IMG/VR virus record: IMGVR_UViG_3300032050_000069
DNA length: 64,000 nt
From: a virus
Taxonomy: Duplodnaviria > Heunggongvirae > Uroviricota > Caudoviricetes
Strand: one strand, 5' to 3'
Within the stretch, counting starts at the first letter, position 1, and each line of letters opens with the position of its first letter. This document shows, in pieces, positions 18,710 to 28,359 of the stretch. Below the pieces are notes generated by a model. That model had not been told where the DNA came from. It saw only the letters and a program-made list of their open reading frames with translations, and ran no database searches. A program made the translations under genes and the position numbers.

Positions 18710-19908
18710 AAAAACTATTAGTAGCTATTTTAGCATTTGGATTATTAAGTTGCGAAAAAGAATTAGGTGGAGAAGATGGACCTATTAACATCCCAACTTC
18801 AACAACACTTTCAGGCAACATCAACGCAACAACAACTTTAACTGCGGATAAAGTTTGGACATTAAAAGGATATGTGTATGTAACCGATGGTGCAAAACTT
18901 ATCATTCAACCTGGTACAACAATCGTATCTGATATTGCTGAAAAGGGAGCATTGTGTATCGAAAGAGGAGCACAAATAATTGCGGAAGGAACTGCAACAA
19001 AACCAATTGTATTTACATCAGGTAGAGCAAATGGTGAAAAGGCACCTGGAGATTGGGGTGGTATTGTAATATTGGGTAGAGCAAAAACCAATAGAACATC
19101 AGAACCAACAATAGAAGGTGGTATTGGTAGACCTTATGGGGGAACAAACGATTTAGATAATAGTGGTGTTCTTCGTTTTGTAAGAATAGAATATGCTGGT
19201 ATTGCAGCAATGCCGAATTCAGAAATCAACGCACTAACATTAGGTGGTGTTGGTAGCGGAACAATTATTGAAAATGTTCAAACAATTTATGCTAACGATG
19301 ATGCATTTGAATTCTTTGGTGGAACTGTATCACCCAAAAATCTATACGCATATGCAACCGCAGATGATGACTATGATTTTGATTTTGGATATACTGGCAC
19401 CGTATTAAATAGTGTAGCAAAGAGAGACCCACAATTTGTAGATAATGGTGATGCTGGAAATGGAGTGGAGTGTGATAATGATGGAACAGGTTCTCCTGCG
19501 CAACCTTTTACACACCCTAAATTGAATGGTATGATACTAATCGGACCATTTGATGTGGCATCTTTGACAAATCATAATTTAGGGTTAAGATGGAGAAGAG
19601 CGACACAATTTACAATTACTAATTCAAAGGTATTGGGTTATCAAAAGGGTTCATTCTCTATTGAAAGTAATGAAACGGCAACTGCATACAAAGATGGGAT
19701 TTCGAAGTTCTTAAACAACGAAATTCAGGCATTTGACCCATTATTAAATTTCAAATCTACATCAACACTTTTCACCGCAGCTCAAATGAAAGAGAAAGCA
19801 TTGGGTGAGGGAAATGTGGAAAAGAACTACACAAAAGCGGAATTAGAAACACTTTCTAAACCTATATGGAGTAATGGATGGACTAGATTCCCATCGAAAG
19901 GTAATTAA
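18706..19908 (+). CDS. lipoprotein, partner of the TonB-dependent-receptor-like gene
   Basis: ATGA overlap with the upstream gene. Lipobox LLSCEKE. 400 aa. Confidence 0.35.
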   Translation: MKKLLVAILAFGLLSCEKELGGEDGPINIPTSTTLSGNINATTTLTADKVWTLKGYVYVTDGAKLIIQPGTTIVSDIAEKGALCIERGAQIIAEGTATKPIVFTSGRANGEKAPGDWGGIVILGRAKTNRTSEPTIEGGIGRPYGGTNDLDNSGVLRFVRIEYAGIAAMPNSEINALTLGGVGSGTIIENVQTIYANDDAFEFFGGTVSPKNLYAYATADDDYDFDFGYTGTVLNSVAKRDPQFVDNGDAGNGVECDNDGTGSPAQPFTHPKLNGMILIGPFDVASLTNHNLGLRWRRATQFTITNSKVLGYQKGSFSIESNETATAYKDGISKFLNNEIQAFDPLLNFKSTSTLFTAAQMKEKALGEGNVEKNYTKAELETLSKPIWSNGWTRFPSKGN

Positions 19909-19926
19909 TAATTTAATAATGAAATA

Positions 19927-19955
19927 ACCCTCACTTAAAAGTGGGGGTTTATTAT
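19927..19955 (+). terminator. rho-independent terminator
   Basis: accctcac-ttaaaa-gtgggggt hairpin plus T-run. Confidence 0.55.
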
Positions 19956-19963
19956 TTATATCT

Positions 19964-20659
19964 ATGAAAGATTTACTAACTATTGTAATCCCTTGTAAAA
20001 ACGAAAAAGATAACATTTATGAATGTATTTCATTTATTGCAAAGCAAGTTGGAAGTGCAGGACTTAAAGTTATTATTGCAGATACTTCCGATGAGGGAGA
20101 TAGTTTAGATTTTATTGAATATACGAAAAGAGACTACCGATATTCATTAGATATTGAACTAATTGAAGGTGGATTTCCTGCAAAAGCCCGTTTAGAGGCT
20201 AGTAAATTAGTAACCACTCCTTACATACTATTTTTGGATGCTGATATAATGTTAAGAGATAAATCTGTTTTGAAAAAATGTTTAGAGTATAATACGGATT
20301 TAGTTACTGTTCCATTTCAAACTGAAACGGGATTTAATTGGATATTTAGGTTATTCGATATTCAACAAAGATTGAGTAATTGGTTGGGCACTCCATTTGC
20401 AGTTGGTGGATTTCAATTGTGGAAAACCGAAGCATATTGGAAGACCGGTGGATATGATGAAACACATTTATTCGCAGAAGATTATTGGGTTTCACAAAAA
20501 GTAGATGTAATGAAAATACACAAAACAAAAGGTGTATGGACATCTGCAAGAAGATTTAGGAATAAAGGATTTTTTTATATGTTTTGGTTGAGTATTAAAT
20601 GTTACTTTAATAGAAACAATTCTGAATTTTTTAAACAACATCACAATTATTGGAATTAA
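19964..20659 (+). CDS. family-2 (GT-A fold) glycosyltransferase
   Basis: N-terminal LTIVIPCKNEKDNI is a typical GT2 start. DAD-like LFLDADIML (DxD). Confidence 0.5.
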   Translation: MKDLLTIVIPCKNEKDNIYECISFIAKQVGSAGLKVIIADTSDEGDSLDFIEYTKRDYRYSLDIELIEGGFPAKARLEASKLVTTPYILFLDADIMLRDKSVLKKCLEYNTDLVTVPFQTETGFNWIFRLFDIQQRLSNWLGTPFAVGGFQLWKTEAYWKTGGYDETHLFAEDYWVSQKVDVMKIHKTKGVWTSARRFRNKGFFYMFWLSIKCYFNRNNSEFFKQHHNYWN

Positions 20660-20758
20660 AAATGGGCACTATATTTCCTTGGATTTTCTCAATTGCTATC
20701 GTTGTATCTTTGTGTATAATTGGATTGATTGTAGATAATATAACTAAAAAAAGATAAT

Positions 20759-21481
20759 ATGAATTATCAGGCTATTATAGTATCAGATTTACATTTAGGA
20801 ACTAAAGATTCTAAAGCAGAAGAATTTATAGAATTTTTGGAAACACATCCAACTGATTTACTAATTCTTAATGGAGATATAGTCGATGGGTGGGCTTTGA
20901 ATAGAGGAACTAAATGGAAAAAACAACATACTAAAGTTATATCTAAATTATTACAATTATCAAATACAACCAGAATTATCTGGATAAGGGGGAATCATGA
21001 CGAATTTATACAAGAATTTATCGGAACACATTTGGGTTCGATTGAAATTAGAGAAGATTATAAGTTGGACATCAATAATACTATGGAGAGTTACTATATT
21101 TTCCACGGAGATGTTATTGATGTTTTTATAACCAAATACAAATGGTTATCAAAGATAGGTGCGGTAGGATATGATTTTGCACTTTGGTTAAATAGAGTAT
21201 ATAATTCATATCGTAAATGGAGAAAGTTACCCTATATATCCATATCCCAAAAAATTAAAGAAAGTGTTAAGGTGGCAACAAATTATGTAAACGATTTTGA
21301 AGTTACCGCATTGAGCATGGCCACTAAAAAAGGGTGTAATGGAGTTATTTGTGGGCATATCCATCAACCAGCTGATAGAATGATTGCTGGAAAACGATAT
21401 TTTAATAGTGGGGATTGGATTGAAAATATGAGTGCTATTTGTATAAATAATGCCGGAAAGGTATATTTATATCAAAGATAA
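20759..21481 (+). CDS. calcineurin-like metallophosphoesterase
   Basis: IIVSDLHLG, LNGDIVDGW, RGNHDE, CGHIHQP are the ordered metallophosphatase motifs. Confidence 0.6.
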   Translation: MNYQAIIVSDLHLGTKDSKAEEFIEFLETHPTDLLILNGDIVDGWALNRGTKWKKQHTKVISKLLQLSNTTRIIWIRGNHDEFIQEFIGTHLGSIEIREDYKLDINNTMESYYIFHGDVIDVFITKYKWLSKIGAVGYDFALWLNRVYNSYRKWRKLPYISISQKIKESVKVATNYVNDFEVTALSMATKKGCNGVICGHIHQPADRMIAGKRYFNSGDWIENMSAICINNAGKVYLYQR

Positions 21482-21485
21482 CACT

Positions 21486-22319
21486 ATGAAAAATTTAATT
21501 ATATTATTGTGTTTAGTTCCAAGTTTAACTTTTTCACAAGTTAGTAATTGGAGAAGTAATCCACCACAACCACAAAGAAGTACACCATCAGTACAACAAT
21601 CAATTCCACAAAGAAACGATGTTAGTAGTTGGAGAAACGAATCACCTAGAGAGTATAATAGACCGAACAGAACAAGACCTGGTTCTAATATTATTATTAG
21701 AGACCCATATTGGGGTATGAACAATTGGGGTTGGGGTTGGAATAGATGGGATATGTGGGGTGCACCTGCATTTGGTTGGAACTTTTGGCAACCATCTTGG
21801 TATTGGAACGATTGGGGATACCGTCAACCACAAAGAATTTATGTTTATGATGATGGTAAAAGAGATACCATTAGAGGTAAAAAACCTGTAATTAGTTTTG
21901 GTATTCAGAAAACAACTGATAAACAAATTGGAGGATTTTTTACAATAGGAAATAAGGGATACTTTATAATGGAATACAATTCAAGTGTTGAAAGAGATAA
22001 TTCAACATTCTTCCCATATGGTAATATAACACAAATTGATTTTCCATTGGTAAATGATTTAGTTCAACGAAATAGTTTTTACATCGGTGCAGGTAAAAGA
22101 ATAAAGAGAACGGGTATTCACTTTATGGTTGGAACTGTTTCTGAAGATGTGAAATGGAGAGGTAGAGATGATTTGGGATACATTACTTTTCCAAAATATT
22201 TAGATAGATTTACTACATTCAAAATAGGTGGGTTACATGATTATAAAAATTTCACAATAAAGGGTGATTATGACCCTATAATTAATACCGGAACTTTTGG
22301 TTTTGGTGTGAATTTCTAA
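21486..22319 (+). CDS. secreted Trp-rich low-complexity protein with C-terminal beta-barrel-like segment
   Basis: Signal peptide MKNLIILLCLVPSLTFSQ. WGMNNWGWGWNRWDMWGAPAFGWNFWQPSWYWNDWGY block. C-terminus ...FGFGVNF. Confidence 0.35.
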   Translation: MKNLIILLCLVPSLTFSQVSNWRSNPPQPQRSTPSVQQSIPQRNDVSSWRNESPREYNRPNRTRPGSNIIIRDPYWGMNNWGWGWNRWDMWGAPAFGWNFWQPSWYWNDWGYRQPQRIYVYDDGKRDTIRGKKPVISFGIQKTTDKQIGGFFTIGNKGYFIMEYNSSVERDNSTFFPYGNITQIDFPLVNDLVQRNSFYIGAGKRIKRTGIHFMVGTVSEDVKWRGRDDLGYITFPKYLDRFTTFKIGGLHDYKNFTIKGDYDPIINTGTFGFGVNF

Positions 22320-23750
22320 ATGAAAAAATGGATACTACCTTTACTGATAATTGTTATATGTCTATTCGCTGAAAATGCGATTGGGCAGACTTATACACAA
22401 ACTTATATCGATAAATGTACCGGCGAGGTTAAGGTTGCAACTACAACTTTTATTAATGGTAATGCAGTAGTTTCTTTTTATAATGAAGTAAGAAGTTTTT
22501 CACCATTTGAAGTTCAGAGTGGAGCTACACAAGTTTGGATTAAAGCCATACAATTAAAATACCAACAAATGGGATGCCCAACTGCTGTTGTAGTTCAACA
22601 AACAGTTCAGCAAGCCGTTTCACAAGCAGCATCACAGGCTGCAAGTGCCGCAGCTTCACAGGCGGCAAGTTCAGCGGCCTCATCAGCGGCGAGTAGTGCT
22701 GCTAGTGGTGCAGCAAGTTCTGCGGCATCATCATCAGCGAGTTCTGCTGCAAGTTCTTCGGCTTCAACCGCCGCGAGTTCATCTGCATCAACTCCACCAC
22801 CCACATCATCTTCAACATCATCTACACCGCCTGCAAGTTCATCTTCGAGCAGTAATAGTTCATCATCTTCATCATCGAGTAGTAGTTCATCTTCATCATC
22901 AGAAACCAAAACTGAAACGAAGGCAGAAACTAAATCAGAAACAAAGAGTGAATCTAAAACCGAAGAGAAGAAAACTGAAACTAAAAGTGAGGAAAAGAAA
23001 GAGGAGAGCAAATCTGAAAGCAAAGAAGAAAAAAAGGAAGAATCTAAATCCGAAGAAAAGAAAGAAGAGAAAAAGGAAACAAAAAAGCAACAAAATCTAA
23101 ACCCACTATTAGTAGCTTCTGATTTAACGGTGGCAGATGATCAGGAAGGTAAATTTACAACCATTGCATCAGTAGGTGTTTCTAAATCATCTCTAATGGG
23201 TGATAAATCTTATAGTGCTAACCTAATGGTGTGGAGCACTCTTAATCAATTTGCACTTACTACCGGAACTACAAAGATGGATTTTAAAGATGGTAAGTTA
23301 AATTCAATCAGTTCGTATTCTTCTACCGGTGCGTATCTTAAAGGTAATTGGATGGGTTTATTGGGATACACTTGGATTAAACCACACCCTAAATGGGGAA
23401 CATATGGATATAATGTTGGTGCGATAGTATTGTTGTTAAAAAATGCTGAAAACAAATTCACAACATCTCTATCAACATCAGCAGTTGTATTTTGGACAAA
23501 ACCTTATTCATTCAGCAAAAAACTTACACTATCTCCACAAGTATTTATTATGAATTCCCCTATAAATTATGATACTTATAATGGAACTACTTTAGTAAAT
23601 AGACATTTTGGTGGATTAGTTGGAACATCTTTTGATTATAGAATAAGTAAAAGATTTGGATTTAGTGCAAACTACAAATTAAATGTGAATACTATGGGGG
23701 GTATTAAGGCTACCCATATGTTTATGATAGGAAGCCGAATGATACTTTAG
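22320..23750 (+). CDS. secreted protein with long S/A-rich and K/E/T-rich low-complexity linkers and a C-terminal beta-barrel-like domain
   Basis: Signal peptide. SAAS repeats and ETKTETKAETKSETKSE repeats. C-terminal ~250 aa with alternating pattern ending ...FMIGSRMIL (compare 9727 ORF ...FMIGTNFQF). Confidence 0.35.
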   Translation: MKKWILPLLIIVICLFAENAIGQTYTQTYIDKCTGEVKVATTTFINGNAVVSFYNEVRSFSPFEVQSGATQVWIKAIQLKYQQMGCPTAVVVQQTVQQAVSQAASQAASAAASQAASSAASSAASSAASGAASSAASSSASSAASSSASTAASSSASTPPPTSSSTSSTPPASSSSSSNSSSSSSSSSSSSSSSETKTETKAETKSETKSESKTEEKKTETKSEEKKEESKSESKEEKKEESKSEEKKEEKKETKKQQNLNPLLVASDLTVADDQEGKFTTIASVGVSKSSLMGDKSYSANLMVWSTLNQFALTTGTTKMDFKDGKLNSISSYSSTGAYLKGNWMGLLGYTWIKPHPKWGTYGYNVGAIVLLLKNAENKFTTSLSTSAVVFWTKPYSFSKKLTLSPQVFIMNSPINYDTYNGTTLVNRHFGGLVGTSFDYRISKRFGFSANYKLNVNTMGGIKATHMFMIGSRMIL

Positions 23751-24009
23751 ATTTCCTTATCTAATTGTAAAGGTTGTGTGTGTTGCCTTTGTTTCTTTAC
23801 ACCAGATTCGGTTTGATTTTTAGAAATAAAGATACCAAATGAGCTACAAATTGCTAGAATACCAAAAATTAAGTTTATCATATATTATATTATTTTAATA
23901 TATATATTTGTAAAAAAATTGAAAATATAACAAAAATTGTATTTTCCTAAGAAGTTGATAAAAGTTCATAAAATTATACAATTACATATTTATACACAAA
24001 AATAGAATT

Positions 24010-24663
24010 ATGAAAAAGTACTTGAACATTAAAAATATCGCTATTGCGGTTTTAGTAATTATCATCTTATTACAATTTATCAACCCAAATGGAATTATAC
24101 CGGGTAGAACAATTAAAATAGATGGAAAGAAATACGAAGTTGTGAAACATGAAATTGATACTGTGGAAGTTGAGAAAGTAAAAGTTGTAACTAAACAAGG
24201 TAAAGACATTGTGCATGAAGTTGTGGATGTTGATACATTAGTTTTAAAAGAACTACAATCAGTTGATAGTTTGGCAATCCTTAAAGACTATTTAGCAAAA
24301 GTAACTTACAAAGATGTATTAGTATTGCCTGATTCATTAGGAACTGTGGCGGTAACTGATATAATCCATAAAAACCGAATCGAAAGTAGAACCTTTGATG
24401 CGAAAGTAAAGGAAAGAACAATAAAAGAAACTACAATTGTTAAGGAATTACCAAAGAACCAATTATATTTTGGATTTGATGGCGGATTTAACAAAGCAGA
24501 TGTTGTATCACATATTGGAACAGGATTGGTTCTTAAAACTAAAAAAGATAAATTGTATCAGTTAGGAGTAGGTGTGGCAAATAGAACAATCGATGGAACA
24601 AATGGTTCTTTATCACCATATATTGGAGCCGGAGTTTATTGGAAGATTAAATTAAAAAAATAA
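24010..24663 (+). CDS. membrane-anchored hypothetical protein
   Basis: N-terminal TM helix IAIAVLVIIILLQFI. 217 aa. Confidence 0.3.
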   Translation: MKKYLNIKNIAIAVLVIIILLQFINPNGIIPGRTIKIDGKKYEVVKHEIDTVEVEKVKVVTKQGKDIVHEVVDVDTLVLKELQSVDSLAILKDYLAKVTYKDVLVLPDSLGTVAVTDIIHKNRIESRTFDAKVKERTIKETTIVKELPKNQLYFGFDGGFNKADVVSHIGTGLVLKTKKDKLYQLGVGVANRTIDGTNGSLSPYIGAGVYWKIKLKK

Positions 24664-24683
24664 CAAAGAACAAAATAATTTAA

Positions 24684-24714
24684 ATGGCTATTAACAAATA
24701 GCCATTTTTTTTTA
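24684..24714 (+). terminator. rho-independent terminator
   Basis: atggctat-taacaa-atagccat hairpin followed by a T9 run. Confidence 0.6.
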
Positions 24715-24902
24715 TTTTTATAATATATAGATATAAAATTGAATTATTATGTTAGATAAACTAAACAAAATTTTAATAGCATTAGAAGATGCCGTAGATT
24801 CCGAAGATTGGTCTTTGGTTCAACATGCAATTGGTAAGTTGGAAGAATTGTATGAAAAATTAGAAATGGAAGATCAATTTGGTGATTACGAAGATTAAAC
24901 AA

Positions 24903-26069
24903 ATGAAAAACATCTTAATCCACTGTGAAAAGAAGTTCGTTGATGCCCTTCTAAATAATTCTCCATTTTTAGAAAAAGATTATTACTCTTATTCAACTGA
25001 TGAAATAACAAATTTATTAGAAGGGTATAACATTAAAATCGCAAGTGGGAAAAAGATAGAGAACGAAAGTGAGTATAGTGTTATAATAATTGATGAGTTA
25101 TCCGATTATAATATACACAATACAACATCGGTTTATTATTTTATACCTCCCATAGATTTTAACATTTCCGACCCATTCATAATGAGTAGGTGGCCAGAAT
25201 CAACATTAGATTCAAAAAGTGAAAATAAAGTTAAATGGGCAGAATCATTATATCCTAATCTAAAGTTTTTGGGTTCTAATTTATATCAAAGCGAAAATCA
25301 GATATTTGATTTATCATTGGTTTTAAATTTGAATAATCATAGCGGTAATTGGGGTAAGTATCATTTTGCAGCAGATAGATTATTTAAAGCAATTAATCAA
25401 AAAGCGTATAGATTGGATTATACCTTTAGAGAAGTTAAAAAAGAAAATAGAGTAAAATTTTTATTTGATTTAATAAATACATTAGATGAAAAGGAGATAG
25501 AGGAAATAAAAGTTTCTATGCATGGTGGATTTTTAAATAACGAAACTTATTATAAAGATGTTGAAGAGTTTTTTAAATCACAACAAAATTACTCTCTTTT
25601 TTTAGAATTGATAAAGTTAGATAGAAGATTTTTTAGTTTTGATGAATTATTAAATCCAAAAGCTGGATACGAAGCATGGCCGGTAAACAAATTAATTTAT
25701 AACACCCTTTCATCCGACATAGCAATCTATTTTGAAACTGCTAGGGAAAAGCCTGGCATTCTTAATACTATGAATCATTTGATTACCGAAAAAACTATCG
25801 ATTTATTAAATGTTAGAAAACCATTCATTCATATGACAAAAAATGTTGATGAATTTTTAGAACGATTTGGATTTTATAATTACAATAAGGAAATTTTTGA
25901 TAGTATTGAGGTGGATAAGCCTAAATTGATTAAAAAGATACTCAATATGGAAATTCAGTATTTTGAGGTTTTAATCGAAAAATTGAAGAATCTGGCCGAT
26001 AAAAATAAGGATATATTGGATTCATATTACAAAAAAAATACATTTTTATACAATTTAGTTCATAACTAA
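24903..26069 (+). CDS. hypothetical protein
   Basis: ORF-track start 24879 overlaps an upstream 49-aa ORF. ATG at 24903 (MKNILIHC) is the first non-overlapping start. Confidence 0.3.
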   Translation: MKNILIHCEKKFVDALLNNSPFLEKDYYSYSTDEITNLLEGYNIKIASGKKIENESEYSVIIIDELSDYNIHNTTSVYYFIPPIDFNISDPFIMSRWPESTLDSKSENKVKWAESLYPNLKFLGSNLYQSENQIFDLSLVLNLNNHSGNWGKYHFAADRLFKAINQKAYRLDYTFREVKKENRVKFLFDLINTLDEKEIEEIKVSMHGGFLNNETYYKDVEEFFKSQQNYSLFLELIKLDRRFFSFDELLNPKAGYEAWPVNKLIYNTLSSDIAIYFETAREKPGILNTMNHLITEKTIDLLNVRKPFIHMTKNVDEFLERFGFYNYNKEIFDSIEVDKPKLIKKILNMEIQYFEVLIEKLKNLADKNKDILDSYYKKNTFLYNLVHN

Positions 26070-26154
26070 TTGATTTTCAATATAAAAGTTTTTTAGAAAA
26101 AGCTTGTTTTTTTCGATTATTTTTCATAATTTAGACGTATAAAGTTTGAGAGTT

Positions 26155-28221
26155 ATGAAAAAATACAACAACTACCACTCCTCCTTCTGGTTAGAGGAAC
26201 ATGATTTTGATGAGGATATCGTTTTCTCATCCCTTTCCGAACAAAGTGTAGATACTATTAAAAAATATCGTTTATCTTCTGCTCGTAAGGCCATCTCCAA
26301 TTTCGTTTCAATTGCTACTGGAAAAAACATTCCGGTCACATTTGCTACTAACAACTCCTATACCGATGGTAAATCGGTTGTTATTAGTGGTGACATTGAT
26401 AAGGCAGAGAAATTTGACATTGGTGTTGGTTTGGCATTGCATGAGGGTTCTCACATTCTTCTTTCGGATTTTGAATTACTTCGAAATTTGGATTCTAAAA
26501 TTCCAACTTCGTTGTTTGAATTGGCGGCTACTAAAAATTTAGGTAGATACCAAGTGATTGATATGGTGAAGAATTTAGGTAACATTGTAGAAGATAGAAG
26601 AATTGACAACTATATCTACAAAAATGCACCTGGATATAGAGAGTATTACCTTAAACTTTACGAACATTACTTTGGTGATAAGGCCATCGAAAAGGGTTTG
26701 GAAAGTGATGATTTCAAAAAAGAGAATTGTGAATCATATATGTTTAGGTTGATTAACCTAATGAATAAAAAATCAGATTTGACTTCTCTTAAAGGTTTAA
26801 AAGAGATTTGGAAACTATTGGATTTGAAAAACATAGATAGATTAAAAAACTCTATCGATACACATAATGTGGCCTTAGAAATCGCTAGCGTAATCTTTAC
26901 AAACATCGATGTGGTTGAGAATCAAAATAATAATCAATCTGCCGGACAGGGTGAGCCTGATGAGCAGGGTGAGGGTAATCAACAAGATGGTGATGCTGGG
27001 GATATGAAAGGTGATGAAAATGAAACACCCTCTTCAAATGGGCCTTCAATGAGTTCTGACGCTGATGGTGGTAATAGTATGAGTGAATCTTCCGAAGGTG
27101 AATCTTCCGAAGGTGAATCCGATTCTAATGAAGGAAAATCATCTAATTCACTTTCAGATAGTGCTTTGAAGAAACTTAATAGAATCATCAAACAACAAAA
27201 AGAGTTTTTAGATGGTGATGTTAAGAAAAAGAAAATCACTAAAACATTAGAGAATGAGATTACTTCGGTTGAATCGCAGGGTGCTGAGATTGTGCATGTT
27301 GGTGAGGGACTTCATAACTCCAAAGGTTGTGATGTAATCGTTCTTAAAAACCTTACCAAAAAAATGCTTGAAGATGATTCTTTCGGTATGGCATACGCAT
27401 ATCAAGATTGGAAGACAGGTAAAAAGAGTTTAAATCAAGTAATCAAATCTGATGATTTTTCAAAGGCAGAGATGATGGGAACCGTAATGGGTAAAAAATT
27501 GCAGGTTCGTAACGAATCCCGTAACACCATCTTTAATCGCCAGAAAAATGGTAAGATTGATGGTAGAATGATTGCTACTTTGGGATTCGATAATGAAAAT
27601 GTTTTCTCACAAACATTTGTTGATAAGTTTAAGAAAGCTAACATTCACCTTTCTATCGATGCTAGTGGCTCAATGGGAGGTAGAAAATGGAGAGAAACGA
27701 TGATTAACGCAATTGCACTCGCAAAGGCTACCTCAATGATTTCGAATTTAGAATTACAAATTACATTTAGGTATTCAGATAATGATTTGCCGGTAATTGT
27801 ATTCGCTTACGATAGTAGAAAAGATTCATTTCAGAAAATCAAAAGTATCTTCCCTTATCTTAAAGAGTGTGGGACTACGCCAGAGGGATTGACATTCGAA
27901 GCAATCCAAAAGATGTTAGTTCCGGCATCAAACGATGTGGATTCATTCTTTGTAAATATATCAGATGGTGAACCTACCTTTGGTAATAGAAACATTCAGT
28001 ATGGTGGAATGGCAGCCTGTGAGCACACTAAGAAGCAGGTTAATAAGATTAAAGCAAATGGTATTGGAGTTCTTTCTTACTTCGTTTCAGATAACGATTA
28101 CTACTCCGAAGGTTCTAAAACTAAGTTTAAAACGATGTATGGGGCTGATGCGAGGTTTATTAACATCAACTCAATCGGTGAAGTAACCACCACGCTAAAT
28201 AAAATGTTCCTTTCTAAATAA
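26155..28221 (+). CDS. VWA-domain protein with acidic central region (CobT / MoxR-partner-like)
   Basis: Acidic S/E/G-rich low-complexity middle. C-terminal IHLSIDASGSMGG is a MIDAS DxSxS motif. Conserved leader gtttgagagtt-ATG shared with the next gene. Confidence 0.55.
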   Translation: MKKYNNYHSSFWLEEHDFDEDIVFSSLSEQSVDTIKKYRLSSARKAISNFVSIATGKNIPVTFATNNSYTDGKSVVISGDIDKAEKFDIGVGLALHEGSHILLSDFELLRNLDSKIPTSLFELAATKNLGRYQVIDMVKNLGNIVEDRRIDNYIYKNAPGYREYYLKLYEHYFGDKAIEKGLESDDFKKENCESYMFRLINLMNKKSDLTSLKGLKEIWKLLDLKNIDRLKNSIDTHNVALEIASVIFTNIDVVENQNNNQSAGQGEPDEQGEGNQQDGDAGDMKGDENETPSSNGPSMSSDADGGNSMSESSEGESSEGESDSNEGKSSNSLSDSALKKLNRIIKQQKEFLDGDVKKKKITKTLENEITSVESQGAEIVHVGEGLHNSKGCDVIVLKNLTKKMLEDDSFGMAYAYQDWKTGKKSLNQVIKSDDFSKAEMMGTVMGKKLQVRNESRNTIFNRQKNGKIDGRMIATLGFDNENVFSQTFVDKFKKANIHLSIDASGSMGGRKWRETMINAIALAKATSMISNLELQITFRYSDNDLPVIVFAYDSRKDSFQKIKSIFPYLKECGTTPEGLTFEAIQKMLVPASNDVDSFFVNISDGEPTFGNRNIQYGGMAACEHTKKQVNKIKANGIGVLSYFVSDNDYYSEGSKTKFKTMYGADARFININSIGEVTTTLNKMFLSK

Positions 28222-28314
28222 TTGATTATCAACGGCTATAAACCGTTGATTCTCAATAAGAAAATTTTCAAAATAATTGATAAATTGCTTGGAAAATTCA
28301 GAATTATTTCGTAG

Positions 28315-28328
28315 TTTTACTATGTAAT
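28315..28328 (+). promoter_or_regulatory. class-II upstream motif TTTACTATGTAAT (with CTTGGAAAATTC element about 25 nt upstream)
   Basis: Same composite motif precedes genes at 50544, 51331, 61583. Confidence 0.4.
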
Positions 28329-28359
28329 CAGTTTGAGAGTTAAAAACAAAAATAGAGTT

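Noticed and set aside
22607-23023. 138-aa minus-strand ORF rich in Asp/Glu/Leu, and a + strand alternative-frame ORF 22645..23100
   Set aside because: Both lie entirely within the SAAS/KE repeat of the 22320 gene. They are low-complexity frame shadows with no start context.
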